Of a stretch of DNA of 64,000 bases, positions 38,951-51,244 are shown one piece after another. Source of the stretch: Mobula hypostoma (taxonomy: Eukaryota). The DNA is taken from positions 56,050,001-56,114,000 of the forward strand of contig NC_086097.1 in the NCBI RefSeq assembly GCF_963921235.1. The letters run 5' to 3'. Both the position numbers and the translations under genes were made by a program. Positions within the stretch are counted from its first letter, which is position 1. Each line of letters opens with the position of its first letter. The notes beneath the pieces were generated by a model. It searched no databases. It was not told the origin of the DNA and saw only the letters and a list, made by a program, of their open reading frames with translations.

Positions 38951-41900
38951 CAGGGGTATTATTATGAGGGCTATCTTCAATAAACCCTTCAGTCTAAAAA
39001 CCAAGCCTTACTTCTGTTATAATTTTCTTATGCATAATGCAAAGGTTTTATCTTTCCATTCCAATCAACAGCTATATGACCCACAAGCAATAAGTGTGTA
39101 TTACCCATTTTGCTAATTTCCTGATGTATTTTCAAGGAACTTCACATACAGAGTACACAAATCATTTAGGAAAAATGATCAATATTTATACACATTTGGA
39201 CAGCAGAATCTGTCCCTCAATTCATCTGCTGGTCTCCTGCAGCCAGAAGCTGTGACCAGCAGTTGCATGTTTCCTTGTCAATTAGAAAGCTCACATGCTC
39301 TGTTAAGTAGAAAGGTTGAAATATTTGAGCCACTGGCAAGTGTATTGCCTTACATTTACAGTGGTTGCTGCCCAGAATGTGGGTAGCGCCCTTTCAGATT
39401 TTTATTTTAAACATTACTTGTCCAGTTGGTTTATATGTACTAATGCTATGTCTTTAAATAAGTTCTTGTAGTTTATAATGCTTTATGAATTATAACATTT
39501 GTTCTGTGAGTTTCAGTTCAGAAAAACCCAGTTAGCTGCAATATTACATTTACAAATGCTGAATTTGTTACTGTCATTCTCAATTCAAGTAAATAATACC
39601 GGCCTGTTAAAAATAAGTCTAGTCTGCATTTCATGCTCAGGATTATTTCAAATGAAACTCATATTGTTTTGCCTTCATCATTGCAAATTATCATTATAAA
39701 GGAGAAAGGTCAAATCTTTAGGCTCTGGGTACTTGATAGTTTAATCAGTCGCATTTAAAAATCATTACCTCATCAAGCCTGCAAGGCACTAAAAGATGCA
39801 TTCAAATTTACATAATATACTCTGCAACTTAGTACGAAATCCTTTAGGGTACTTAGAACAAATGTGTACAAAGATATACCTAATCCAATCTCATTTCAGC
39901 CTTTGCTCTTTTAAATCTGTAACATTAATGAATCATGATACTTTAAATTACTGTGAGCTTCATGGCCATAATTTTGTTACTTTTAACCTATTTTTTTTTC
40001 AAAACTGCCTATCGGCATATGTGCTAATGAACGAGCAATAATAAAAAAGTTGAAAAGATGTCCTACTTTACAAGGAAATGTAAAATCCTATTAGTGAGAT
40101 CAAATACATGTTCAGACATTCTTAAGAAATGGATAATTCAAATAAAGGAGAAACTGTGAGGCTAACAAATCAATTGACAATGCATTGAATGTAATCACCA
40201 TTGTACTTCAGGTCAGTACATGGAATTAAACGCATCTGTTCAGAAAATAGAACAAGTAAGACATTTAAAAGTAACAGAAATATTACAAAAATGGTTACCT
40301 TACATCAATGATTTTCATAGTTATTCAAGCTGATTTAGTTGCTCTTCCATTTATTAGATAACCATGTAGTTGTGTTTCGGTAAGATATTGTCAGGACTGT
40401 ATAAATTAATGGGATTCCTGGCAATAATTCAGCAGATAGGTTTTGAACATCCTTTCCTGGGCATTTTCTTCAAAGAATCACATGTTGAAGTAAAAATTAC
40501 ATGTGCTTTTTTAAAAATAAAATTGACATTGGACTTTTAAAATCCACAGCTGCTGCTGTATCAGGTCACTCAGAAAGTAGAGCATCTTCAAAAGAATGTA
40601 TAATTTGTGATTTCTCCTTTAATCGTGCAATAATAATATTATGTTAGCATTCACAATTTATGGGTTTTCTGGAGGCAGCTTTAATTTTCAGTCAATAAAA
40701 CAGTACTATTACGATTTCTAAAGCGTGGTTTCATATTTTAAACAAATTATCCTATGTATTGGAACTGGAAAGCTACAGATGTATATGAAACATGTTTAAA
40801 AAGCTGCAAAAGTTAGAAACTGGAAACAAAAACACAGAAAGTGCTGGAAGTACTCAGCAGGTCAGGCAGTGTCCGTGGAGACAGAAAATTAATCTTTCCG
40901 GTCAATGACCTACCTTTACTGCTTCTCTTCCAGGAATGCCTAATTTGAAGTTTGTTTTTCTCTCCAGTAGGACATCAGTTATCTCTTTTGCCTTGCTCAT
41001 CTATTTATTTCCATCTTAAAAGGTCATTTACCCAAAACATTGATGTTTCTCTTTCCATTTTCTCCTGGAGATCCAGTTCCCAGAAAGTCTCCTGTGTTAT
41101 TTTAAGTACAGCAAGTCAGAAAGGGGAAATGTCAAAGCGATCCAACATTTGACTTTTGCTTGATTACAAGGATCCAAGGAGTTCCCAGTATGGACTTCTT
41201 TCTAGCAACAGTCCATCTTTTATTTTCATGACTTTTCAGCACTTCAGCCCCATTTTTTGTGACTCCTTCTTTCTCTCTCTCACCTTCTGTCCCTTTAAAA
41301 ATCTTTTCAAAACTTGCCAGGTCTTTAATGCTTAGTGACTACAAATCCACTTGTGATTTGCCTTGGAAATCAAGACACCTATTTATATGAACTGAATCAG
41401 TGCAAGATCCTGCTGAAATTGAGCTGTATTAAAATTTGATACCACACAAGATAGCCTTGTATAAAGCCAATAGCTGTTTGCAGTGATCAAAGGAAACTGT
41501 AAAACCCGAAAAAAGAATTACTTCAGCTTCTTCCATTACAAGGAACATTGCAGGCTATCAAAACAGACACCAGAATACCGAGCCTTGGTATTTTTAAGTG
41601 TGCACCAATAGTACATCAGTTAGATGACAGGAGGTAGACAGAAGTACCAAAGGTTTTATTACTAATAGGGGCAGATACTGGCCACTGATAAAGTCAAAAA
41701 GAAAGAGCATTACGACTCAAATATTCTCATTAATCCATCGAGTCGTGAGATCTTTGGATAACTCACTCGTGTTATTTCTCTGTACTTCACTATCCTTTCC
41801 CCCCGACTTAGCACTCACTCCTTACGCTTCAACTAATGTCCCCATTCCTCATTCCAGGAGTAAAAGCACGGAATACGTCCTAACTTATTTTTAGACCAGG

Positions 41901-43692
41901 AACAAGTCGCGTCCATAATCAAGTGAGTCCATTCAGCTGGACTGATAAATATGTTAGGGAATTTTACACGTCAGTCATTCTCAAAAATAAGATTAAGCAG
42001 CGGGTTTAAAGAGCAGAAACTGCTGCCAGCAGCTGAACCAAAATGGAGTGTTCAGTGAGGTAAATGGGGTATTTTTAATTGCATATTTTGTATTAGTTGT
42101 TCAAATGAAATGCTAGTATGTGACAGCAATGACAGGGTGAGTTACTCAGAGTGACGTCCATTGAAATAATGTTTAATGAAATCTTACCCTCGCTCACTCA
42201 GACCTCTCTATTCGTACATATATTCTACTCCACACACATGAAAGGTTATCAGCTGCACAGAGAACAGCACCAATGCAAATTTTGTCAGAAGTTTGTGTCA
42301 CCCTGGAGGTAATTATTCAAATCTATACATAGGATTTCAACGTAAAAGGATTAGAGGGGCAAAGAAAATTGACCATGTCTCTAGTTTACAGGGACGGCAG
42401 CAGATTCTGGAAGAAAAAAAAACACTTGATTGTTTTATGCCTCCACTGAGCCACTGCTAGATATTTTTTTCTCAGATACAAACACCATATGCATCACAGC
42501 TAGAGCAATGGCAAGAGCTTCACATTGCGTCACGATGTGTGTCATTCCACAGACTCTCCCTGCATCCATATCGCCTAGACCATCCCAGAGTACTGAAAAT
42601 GCAAATAAAGCAGTACATAAAAACCTCAGTAAAACTGCATTGTTTGAACATTACTTTTAGTATTAGGAAAAGTACAATATATGTTCCATGCCATGAACCT
42701 GAGCAATATTTGTGAACAATTAACTGAGAAGTCACCACACCCCAAACCAGAAGAAATATTGGAAGTCCGAAAGTCGGTCCAGAGGCAATACATCCAGCTG
42801 TTTATGTAAATCAGCAGCTAGCATTTGTCACTGCTAACTCATATTTTCTGCATGCTTTTCACCGAACTACCTGCGTGATATGCAGTTTAACGAAACACTG
42901 CGTTACGATATAAAAAAATCAATCAATACTAAAAGAGAGACCCCTCCCCTTTAAGACAAAATTACTGGAACAGCTGAAAAGCATTTTTATCTCCAGAAAG
43001 AAGATAAAAAGGTTTTTAGCTGCTTTGCATCGCTGCTGCCAAAATCTTTCACAAAATAGAAAGGAAAATGACCCGATAATGAATTAAATCAATGAGGAGT
43101 AATAGTTAGATGTTTTCTAATGTATAGGAACTGGTCAACTCCATTAATATTGGGTAAGTCATAGCCCGCCAGTTGTATGTAAGTCATTGCCCAGATGCTG
43201 TCAACCAGGATGATGAAAGCAATGAAAGATGCCTGTGCTCTTTACCCAGGTGATTTTGAAGCACGCAAATAAATTGAGACATGAGTTGCAGGGCCTCCAC
43301 AGGAGGAGTTGTCAGTGCTGCAGTCTGGAATGTATACTGCTTTACACCCATCACAGCATGGGGTGAGAAATATTGGATTTTATTTTTTGCCCTGCGCAAA
43401 TAAAAATTAGGAAGACAGAAAGCTGGAATGAGGCCCTTGTTTTGTCCTGGTGACTCACAAAGAGTCAGTGGCACAAGTGTTTGGAACTGCTGTCTCTCTA
43501 CAGAGGCTGCCATTCATTTCTGTGGGAAAAGGACCACTTAACGCGATGATTGTTTCTGCTCAAATTAACAAGACATGAATAATAACAAAAACTAATGCCC
43601 TGCTAAGTGTTTGAACTTTTACGCTGATTGCTAATACAGCAGTCACCTATGAGCCTTTTGCTGCCTAAAGGAAAGTGATTGGGGCAACAGCA

Positions 43693-43696
<4 letters not shown>

Positions 43697-43733
<37 letters not shown>
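43697..43733. repeat. (AG)18 microsatellite
   Basis: Read directly. Confidence 0.97.
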
Positions 43734-43736
<3 letters not shown>

Positions 43737-44807
43737 GTAGCAATCTTCACCTTCTCCGATAGCAGTTTAGATTTGAGCTCTACATCTGTGTAAACGCAGG
43801 GATGGTGCACTGGTGCCCAGCTGAAGGCAGGATTTCTCGCTAGTGGACTTTTCATGACTCAGACCCCAAAACTGATCACTGATCAGCATTCTGGCTGAAT
43901 GTTCATTTTCCCCAGTTTAAGAAAAAAAAGTAAAGGAAGCAAAATCCCTTCATTCCCTTCTTCTGCACCTTTGACACAACATATGCCAGCAGTTTAGAAC
44001 ACAAAAAGACACCACTTCATACCCTGCATTTTCAGTTGCTATTGTAATGCTATTCCAAACATCATAAAGAAAATAGTCAAATTTTGGTATTCTGCCTTTT
44101 GACTAAAGTACTCAAAATTATTAAGAACTGCTTTTTTTAAAAAAAGAATGCTTCAAATTATCACTGCAGGCAATTTGCGTACAACTCGCCAAATGCAGAA
44201 GGGTATTTTTTAACAGTTTCCAATTATAAACTAGTATCTTGTTGCTACAAAAGGTGTGCAGTGCATCGACATGCAGTTTCAAAGCTGCACTAAAGCAGAA
44301 TACCTCCTTTACACACACTATTCTGTAAGGAATCATTGGACCTGGACCGGGCAAGATCTGCTGATGCACAGCCTGAAATGTTTTTCCTGTTACTGGTTGT
44401 TCTTGAGCTACTGGAATCTACAGTTCTTCCAAATATTGACTTTACCCTCAGAGGATCATGAGAAGTTAAGCAGGTTGGTCAGTTTTCCATTGCTTTTCAA
44501 TCTCATCAAAGAGACTCTTTTACTCCAAGGTCCCATTCTGAACTTTACTGTACCACATGGCAGTCTATTCTATGTGGCAATTGCCAAAGATTTTAATGTT
44601 TGCTTGACTCTGAGGTAGGAGGACCCAGTCTCGAACTTCTGAACTGATAACTTTGATGATGTGACCTCCAGGTCCCTAACAGACCTTCCTGAGCATCTCA
44701 AGTAATTCAGGACTATGCTGGACGACTTTAGCGAGCTGCGATAGAAGATGAGAGGGACTCAGTTACCAAAGATGAGAGTACCAAGGTGAAGGAGGCTGAA
44801 AAAATGC

Positions 44808-45022
44808 AAACACAAGGAAATCTGCAGATGCTGGAATTTCAAGCAACACACGTAAAAGTTGCTGGTGAACGCAGCAAGCCAGGCAGCATCTCTAGGAATA
44901 GGTACAGTCCACGTTTCGGGCCGAGACCCTCCTGATGAACAGTCTCAGCCTGAAACGTTGACTGTACGCCTTCCTAGATATGCTGCCTGGCCTGCTGCAT
45001 TCACCAGCAACTTTTATGTGTG
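44808..45022. mobile_element. Miniature Penelope-like foldback centred on the hammerhead core
   Basis: Arms ~44847-44930 and ~44938-45022 are inverted; CTGATGA at 44932-44938; left arm has a ~40-nt tail. Confidence 0.88.
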
Positions 45023-45084
45023 AGGTTTAAATAATCGTGTAAGGCTTAAATAATCATTGTCAGTTGAAATTCCTGGCTTCTGGA

Positions 45085-45491
45085 ATCAGAGATTAAGGGA
45101 GCTAGGGCTTTACTCTTTGGAGAGAAGGAGGATGAGAGGAGACATGATAGAGGTATACAAGATATTAAGAGGAATAGACAGAGTGGATAGCCAGCACCTC
45201 TTCCCCAGGGCACCACTGCTCAATACAAGAGGACATGGCTTTAAGGTAAGGAATGGGAAGTTCAAGGGGGATATTAGAGGAAGGTTTTTTACTCAGAGAG
45301 TGGTTGGTGCGTGGAATACACTGCCTGAGTCTGTGGTGGAGGCAGATACACTAGTGAAATTTAAGAGACTACTAGACAGGTATATGGAGGAATTTAAGGT
45401 GGGGGGTTATATGGGAGGCAGGGTTTGAGGGTCGGCACAACAATGTGGGCCAAAGGGTCTGTACTGTGCTGTACTATTCTATGTTCTATGT
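45085..45491 (+). mobile_element. CR1 family A 3' fragment
   Basis: Near-identical to 3194-3605; TTCTATGTTCTATGT tail. Confidence 0.95.
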
Positions 45492-45799
45492 AACCAACCA
45501 GGCCTCCAAAAGATGAAGGATTTACAAAATCGTAAAACCTGCCATATCCTCACCAGTGTCTGGTCATGGCTGCAGAGACTACTGGATATAACTTCTGAGA
45601 AAACCTTTCCTCCACACTGTGGATTAAGCCAACATTAAGAGCAAATACAGTTCATAACTGCAAAACTAGACATCCAAGAGGCATCGCACACCAGCAGAAG
45701 CAACAAAATCTTATCCACAAATCCAGATCCAGAAATTCAGAAGCTGAGGACAATGGTCACCCTGACAGTGGTATGGATCATCACCTCCTCTACTGTGAC

Positions 45800-46610
45800 A
45801 CTGACGCTGCTGCAGCAAGTAGTACTGGGGCCTCTCAACTCCAGGGACCTGGGTTGATCTTGACATTGGGCGATGCCTGTGTGGATTTGCACACTTTCCT
45901 GCAAATGAAAGATGCTTTGGTTTATTCCCACATTACTAGCATGTGCAGGTGAGGTAACTGGCTGCTGTGAATTACTTCAGCAAAGGTAGATGATGGAAAT
46001 AATCAAAGGGGAAACTTTATGGCTGGCAAGGAAGATGATGCAGGACTACAGCATTAGGGGGAATGAGATGGACGGGCTTTGTTCTGCTGTGACTGGCATA
46101 GATCTCATGAGCAGAATTGCCTCCTGTGTTGCAATAAGTAGGAAAGATGTTTGCCGACACTGGGAACGACGCACTAAATATCTTCTCTCAAGGATGTACA
46201 GCCTCGGACTGTAGCTCCTGCTTTTCAGATACAGCTTCCATGCTTCCCAACTCTGCTGTCCTAAGACTGCTCTCTGAGGGGCAGGCTGTTCTAAATGCTC
46301 TTCATGTTGGTCTTTCCCCAGTGACCAATCCAAGGTTTAAAGTGGACTGTAAGTATTGCCTCTCTGGTCCAGCGATCTGTCCTCAGCCCCGACCTCTGGT
46401 ACGGTCTGTCTGGAGCTGGCACATCCTCCCTGTGACCATGAGGACTTAGTCTGGATTTTCTGGTTTCTTTCCATATGCACATTTCTAAATCGCCCCTGGT
46501 GGTAGAATCTGGGGGTGGGTGCGGGGTTTGACAGGAATACGGACAGCATAAAATGCAATGAATGTAAAAGGCCACTCAGAGTTAATGGGCCAAAAGCTTG
46601 TTTCAATACT
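45800..46610 (+). mobile_element. Two old V-SINE relics (~45800-46130 and ~46345-46610)
   Basis: GACCTGGGTTGATCTTGAC..TGTGTGGATTTGCAC and GGAGCTGGCACATCCTCCCTGTGACCATG..GGTTTCTTTCC cores. Confidence 0.55.
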
Positions 46611-47119
46611 GCACGAATCAATAGCTCTATCCTGATGTGATTTGGAACTTGTCCATATTCAGACTGATTATGAACAAATCTTCTGCCACCAACAGGTAAG
46701 AAGGCAGCTGTACATACACGAAGGGTTTTTTGCAATATTTTTGTGGGATTGAATCAACATTCATCCTCTTCAGTTACCATTTGTGATCTCATGTTGCTTT
46801 CAAGTATGTCAGGAAGCACTAGAAATGCACCTTTAAGTATGGAAGCAGGTTAAAATTTTGCTTAATTTGATTGATCAGCATTTCTGTTAATAGGGCTAGA
46901 AAAACATAACACTTAAAATCCTTCAATCAATCTGCATGTACATAAACCGAAGAAGGCATCAGATCAGATATGTTAGTTATATGTTATTTACAACTACAGC
47001 AGAAATATCATGTATACGTTCTCAAATAGCCAATACAAGTTAGTAAGGTTTCTGTGTGGCTGTGTTTATTCTTCCAATTAATTCCTAACCAAGTATGACA
47101 AATCTTGTCTACATATCTT

Positions 47120-47850
47120 GGCAACAAACAGAGTCAGAATCTTGTTTATTATCACTGACATATGTCGTGAAATTTGTTGTTTCAGACCATAAGACACAGG
47201 AGCAGAATTAGGCCATTCAGCCCATCGAGTCTGCTCCACCATTCCATCACGGCAGATCTCGGATCCCACTCAACCCCTGCGCCGGCCTTCTTGCCATATC
47301 CTTTGATGCCCTGACTGATCAGGAAACTATTTACTTCTGCCATAAGTATACCCATGGACTTGGCCTCCACCACAGTTTGCAGCAGTGCATTCCACAGATT
47401 CACTACTCTCTGGCTTACCTTTGTTCTACAAGGTCGCTTCCCCCCCCCCCAATTTTGAGGGTGTGCCCTCTAGTTCTGGATACTCCCAGCACAGGAAACA
47501 TCCTCTCCACATCCACCTTATCCAGCAGCAGATTTCTGGCAGCATTACAGAGCAATACATAAAAATACAATAAGTTAGAATAGATAGGCAGATGGATAGA
47601 TAGATAAATAAATAGCCCAAAAGGTGAATAGTGAGGTAGTGTTCATGGGCTCATGGAACCTGATGGCAGAGCTGTTCCTAAAACATTAAGTATGTGTCCT
47701 CAGGCTCTCTGAAGGTAGAAATGAGAAGATGGCGTGTCCTTGGTGGTGAGTGTCATTAATGGTGCCACATTTGAAAATGTCTTCCATGGCGGGATGGCTT
47801 GTGGCTGTGATAGAACGGCCTGTGTCTGCAACCCTCTGCAGCCTCCACAC
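47120..47850 (-). mobile_element. Rex1 3' relic interrupted by a CR1 3' fragment (47185-47520)
   Basis: CR1: NLWNAL.QTVVEAKS and GACCATAAGAC tail; flanks parallel 14489-15110 (GTGAGGTAGTGTTCATG). Confidence 0.75.
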
Positions 47851-49109
47851 CAGGCATTCTACATAAACAGATATACGTTTCTGAATTTGGTGACGTGAGG
47901 TAGATACTGCTGGAGAGGTCATTTATTGTTTAGCTTTAATTTTTGACAGAACTGAGCAGTTTGCTGAGACATTTTATACAGAGTTGAGAATCTTTGATGA
48001 TTTTGAAGTTACAGATGAACAGGCTTTGTAAGAATGGCAAATACCCTTTCTGAAAATATATTAGTGAAACAGGTAGTTTATCCAGTAGTTGCATGATTAA
48101 AATAGTTCCATTAAAAAATGTATATTTGAAGTTAAGTGTCCCTGTTGTCATGGCAGGACTTCATTGTATCTCTTTGAATCAGAAGTCCAAACTTTTCAAT
48201 ACTAGTCCAATAATTTTCTTGATATGCTGCTGTACCATGATCTATGTCAATGATCTGTGAATATCTACAAATGTAAATCAATTACATTAAACATACTTAG
48301 ATTGATTAATCCTTTATCCAAGAGTAATATTAGACATCTTATACAGTGACAGAATCCTGTCGGTAATGGAAAATGTGAAAACTGAACCACATTTATATAC
48401 TAAAGCCCATCATCATGATAATTAGGATTCAATGTCTTAAATTATGTGCTAATTATTTTTAATTGCAAAATATCATGGGAGGATTATGTGTAACCACCTC
48501 TAACCTTGGACACTGTAATGTCATACAATATGTAACATCTGTGACTCCTCCCTTAATTATTTGTATAATGAGTTTGAACTGTTTCATGCAGCTTCAGCTG
48601 GGAACAAGCGTCAACCAGTCAAATAACCCAGAATATGGCTAAATAGTATCAAGAAAAAAAATAACAAGGCATTGGACTGAAATGGTGATTGTGATTTTTC
48701 AATGGTACCCCTGTAAATCAATGTGCCACTGAGTGGAATAGTTCTGTCTGAAAGTAGAAGTAATGTATAGACAGGGTGAGCTGTGCAGCATTTATTGGTT
48801 AAACACACTTGCTTGTGCATAGACTTTGGTTATCAACGTTCCTTCATATTCCCCAGGCTCTGAGGGGTAGGTGGTGCTACGAGTTGGAGAATATAGCAGC
48901 AAAATGCAAGTTCTAATTGCTTAGATTTCCAGCTGCACACTGTGGTGAGTTTACAAGCTCTCTAAACACAGAAAAAAAGGAACAAAATGACAAACAATCT
49001 TCTGGTATACAAAACAACAGGAATTCTGCAGATGCTGGAAATTCAAGCAACACACATCAAAGTTGCTGGTGAACGCAGCAGGCCAAGCAGCATCTGTAGG
49101 AAGAGGTGC

Positions 49110-49145
49110 AGTCGACGTTTCAGGCCGAGACCCTTCGTCAGGACT
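49110..49145 (-). ncRNA. Minimal type I hammerhead ribozyme (PLE type), core intact
   Basis: AGUC-CUGACGA-AGG(GUCUCGG)CCU-GAA-ACGU-C^GACU: stem I AGUC/GACU, stem II AGG/CCU, palindromic ACGU in place of stem III. Confidence 0.85.
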
Positions 49146-49903
49146 AACTGAAGGAAGAGTGAGTAAGGGATTTGAAAGTTGGAGGGGGAGGGGGAGATCC
49201 AAAATGATAGGAGAAGACAGGAGGGGGAGGGATGGAGCTAAGAGCTGGACAGGTGATAGGCAAAAGGGGATACGAGAGGATCATGGGACAGGAGGTCCGG
49301 GAAGAAAGACAGGCGGGGGGGTGGAGGACCCAGAGGATGGGCAAGAGGTATATTCAGAGGGACAGAGGGAGAAAAAGGAGAGTGAGAGAAAGAATGTGTG
49401 CATAAAAATGAGTAACAGATGGGGTACGAGGGGGAGGTGGGGCCTTAGCAGAAGTTAGAGAAGTCGATGTTCATGCCATCAGGTTGGAGGCTACCCAGAC
49501 GGAAGATAAGGTGTTGTTCCTCCAACCTGAGTGTGGCTTCATCTTTGCAGTAGAGGAGGCCGTGGATAGACATGTCAGAATGGGAATGGGATGTGGAATT
49601 AAAATGTGTGGCCACTGGGAGATCCTCGTACCCCATCTGTTACTCATTTTTATGCACACATTCTTTCTCTCACTCTCCTTTTTCTCCCTCTGTCCCTCTG
49701 AATATACCTCTTGCCCATCCTCTGGGGCCCCCCCCCTTGTCTTTCTTCCCGGACCTCCTGTCCCATTATCCTCTCGTATCCCGTTTTGCCTATCACCTGT
49801 CCAGCTCTTGGCTCTATCCCTCCCCCTCCTGTCTTCTCCTATCATTTTGGATCTCCCCCTCCCCCTCCAACTTTCAAATCCCTTACTCACTCTTCCTTCA
49901 GTT

Positions 49904-49939
49904 AGTCCTGACGAAGGGTCTCGGCCTGAAATGTCAACT
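49904..49939 (+). ncRNA. Hammerhead ribozyme copy with two CpG-type substitutions
   Basis: AGTCCTGACGAAGGGTCTCGGCCTGAAATGTCAACT (ACGT>ATGT, GACT>AACT). Confidence 0.7.
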
Positions 49940-50709
49940 GCACCTCTTCCTACAGATGCTGCTTGGCCTGCTGCGTTCACCAGCAACTTTGATGTGTGTT
50001 TCTGGTATACAAACCATTTTGCCTCTCACACTGTTGAAAATAACAATATAATTTGCATTTATGTAGCACATTCACTATGGTAATATTTCCAAAGAGCATT
50101 ATTGTCACTGAACCACAGAATGAACGAACAGGACAAACAACCAAAGGTTTTAGTCAGAGGTCAATTTCAATGAGCTCTTCCAAAGAGGAGAAGGAATTAG
50201 TTGTAAAGGAATACAGAGAGAATCCTAGAGCTTAGGAGGCCAAGAAGCTGAAAACACGTTGCTAAAGATGTACGGAATAAACCCGGAGATGCAAAGATGG
50301 AAGAATTTGATAAACAGAAGGATCATAAATGTTTACAGAGGTGGAGAAGATTACAGAGATTAAATCAGATCTCTGTCAATTTTTGCCTTTGATCCATAAC
50401 CACGATACCCTTAACAGGCTATTTTCCAGTGACCTCAGCTTTAAATTGTTAAATTGACTCTCAATTGATACAGCCACCTGAGGGAGAGAGGTCCATATTT
50501 CTACTATCCATTGTGCGAAAAGCAATCATTCTCAATTGTGTACCTTGATGGCCTAACTCTAAGTGATGTATTAAGACAGATCTTCATCCATTTGCTGTTG
50601 AGTCGTGTTCTTACTTCTAGTGTGGAGCTGGGAAAAACTTTGTAAACTACTACCTGTGCAAGTTGAATCTGGCGCCCAGGCATCACAGCTTGAATCTGGC
50701 AGTGGGGAC

Positions 50710-50915
50710 AGAAGAGAAGAAATTATAGGCCAGGTAGCCTGACATCAGTGGTTGGGAAGATGTTGGAGATCATTATTAAGGGTTCTTGGAGGTACATGAT
50801 AAATAGGCCAAAGTCAGCTTGGTTTCCTTAAGGGCAAAATCTTGCCTGACAAATCTGTTGGGATTCTTTGAGGAAGTAACAGGGAAGTCAGACCAAGGAA
50901 ATCAGCGGAAGTTTG
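50710..50915 (+). mobile_element. CR1 RT fragment (family B-like)
   Basis: NYRPGSLTSVVGKMLE..KSCLTNLLGFFEEVT; parallels 53755-53970. Confidence 0.75.
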
Positions 50916-51244
50916 CACTGTCCTATTAGACCACTGACCTGTCTTTTTGTTATCAGCCAACACCTTTACTATCTGCTTTCACCTGTCTCCATCACCACTT
51001 CCAATATCTAGTCTCTCGCCCTCAAATCTCACCCCTCGTCTACATCTTAAAATTCTTTTCATCTCCAACTTTCCCCAACTCTGATGAATGTTCATCAATG
51101 GGAAAGGTTAGCTCAGTTTTGATACAATTTTTCAGGTCCACTGTTGACACCACACTAAGATAACTGTAAGCAGATTTAATCTCCATATTTAAGAAAAGAT
51201 AAACTTGCTTTGGAAAATGTTCATCAAAAGCAAATTCTTAGAAA

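Larger units (their letters stand above)
49014..49999. mobile_element. Young Penelope-like foldback insertion with 14-bp TSD
   Basis: Inverted arms 49049-49431 / 49624-50000; GIY-YIG C-terminus in the spacer (minus); TSD TTCTGGTATACAAA at 49000-49013 and 50000-50013. Confidence 0.95.

Noticed and set aside
49063..50083. Duplicated 131/171/199-aa ORFs
   Set aside because: By-products of low-complexity pLTR arms read on both strands.
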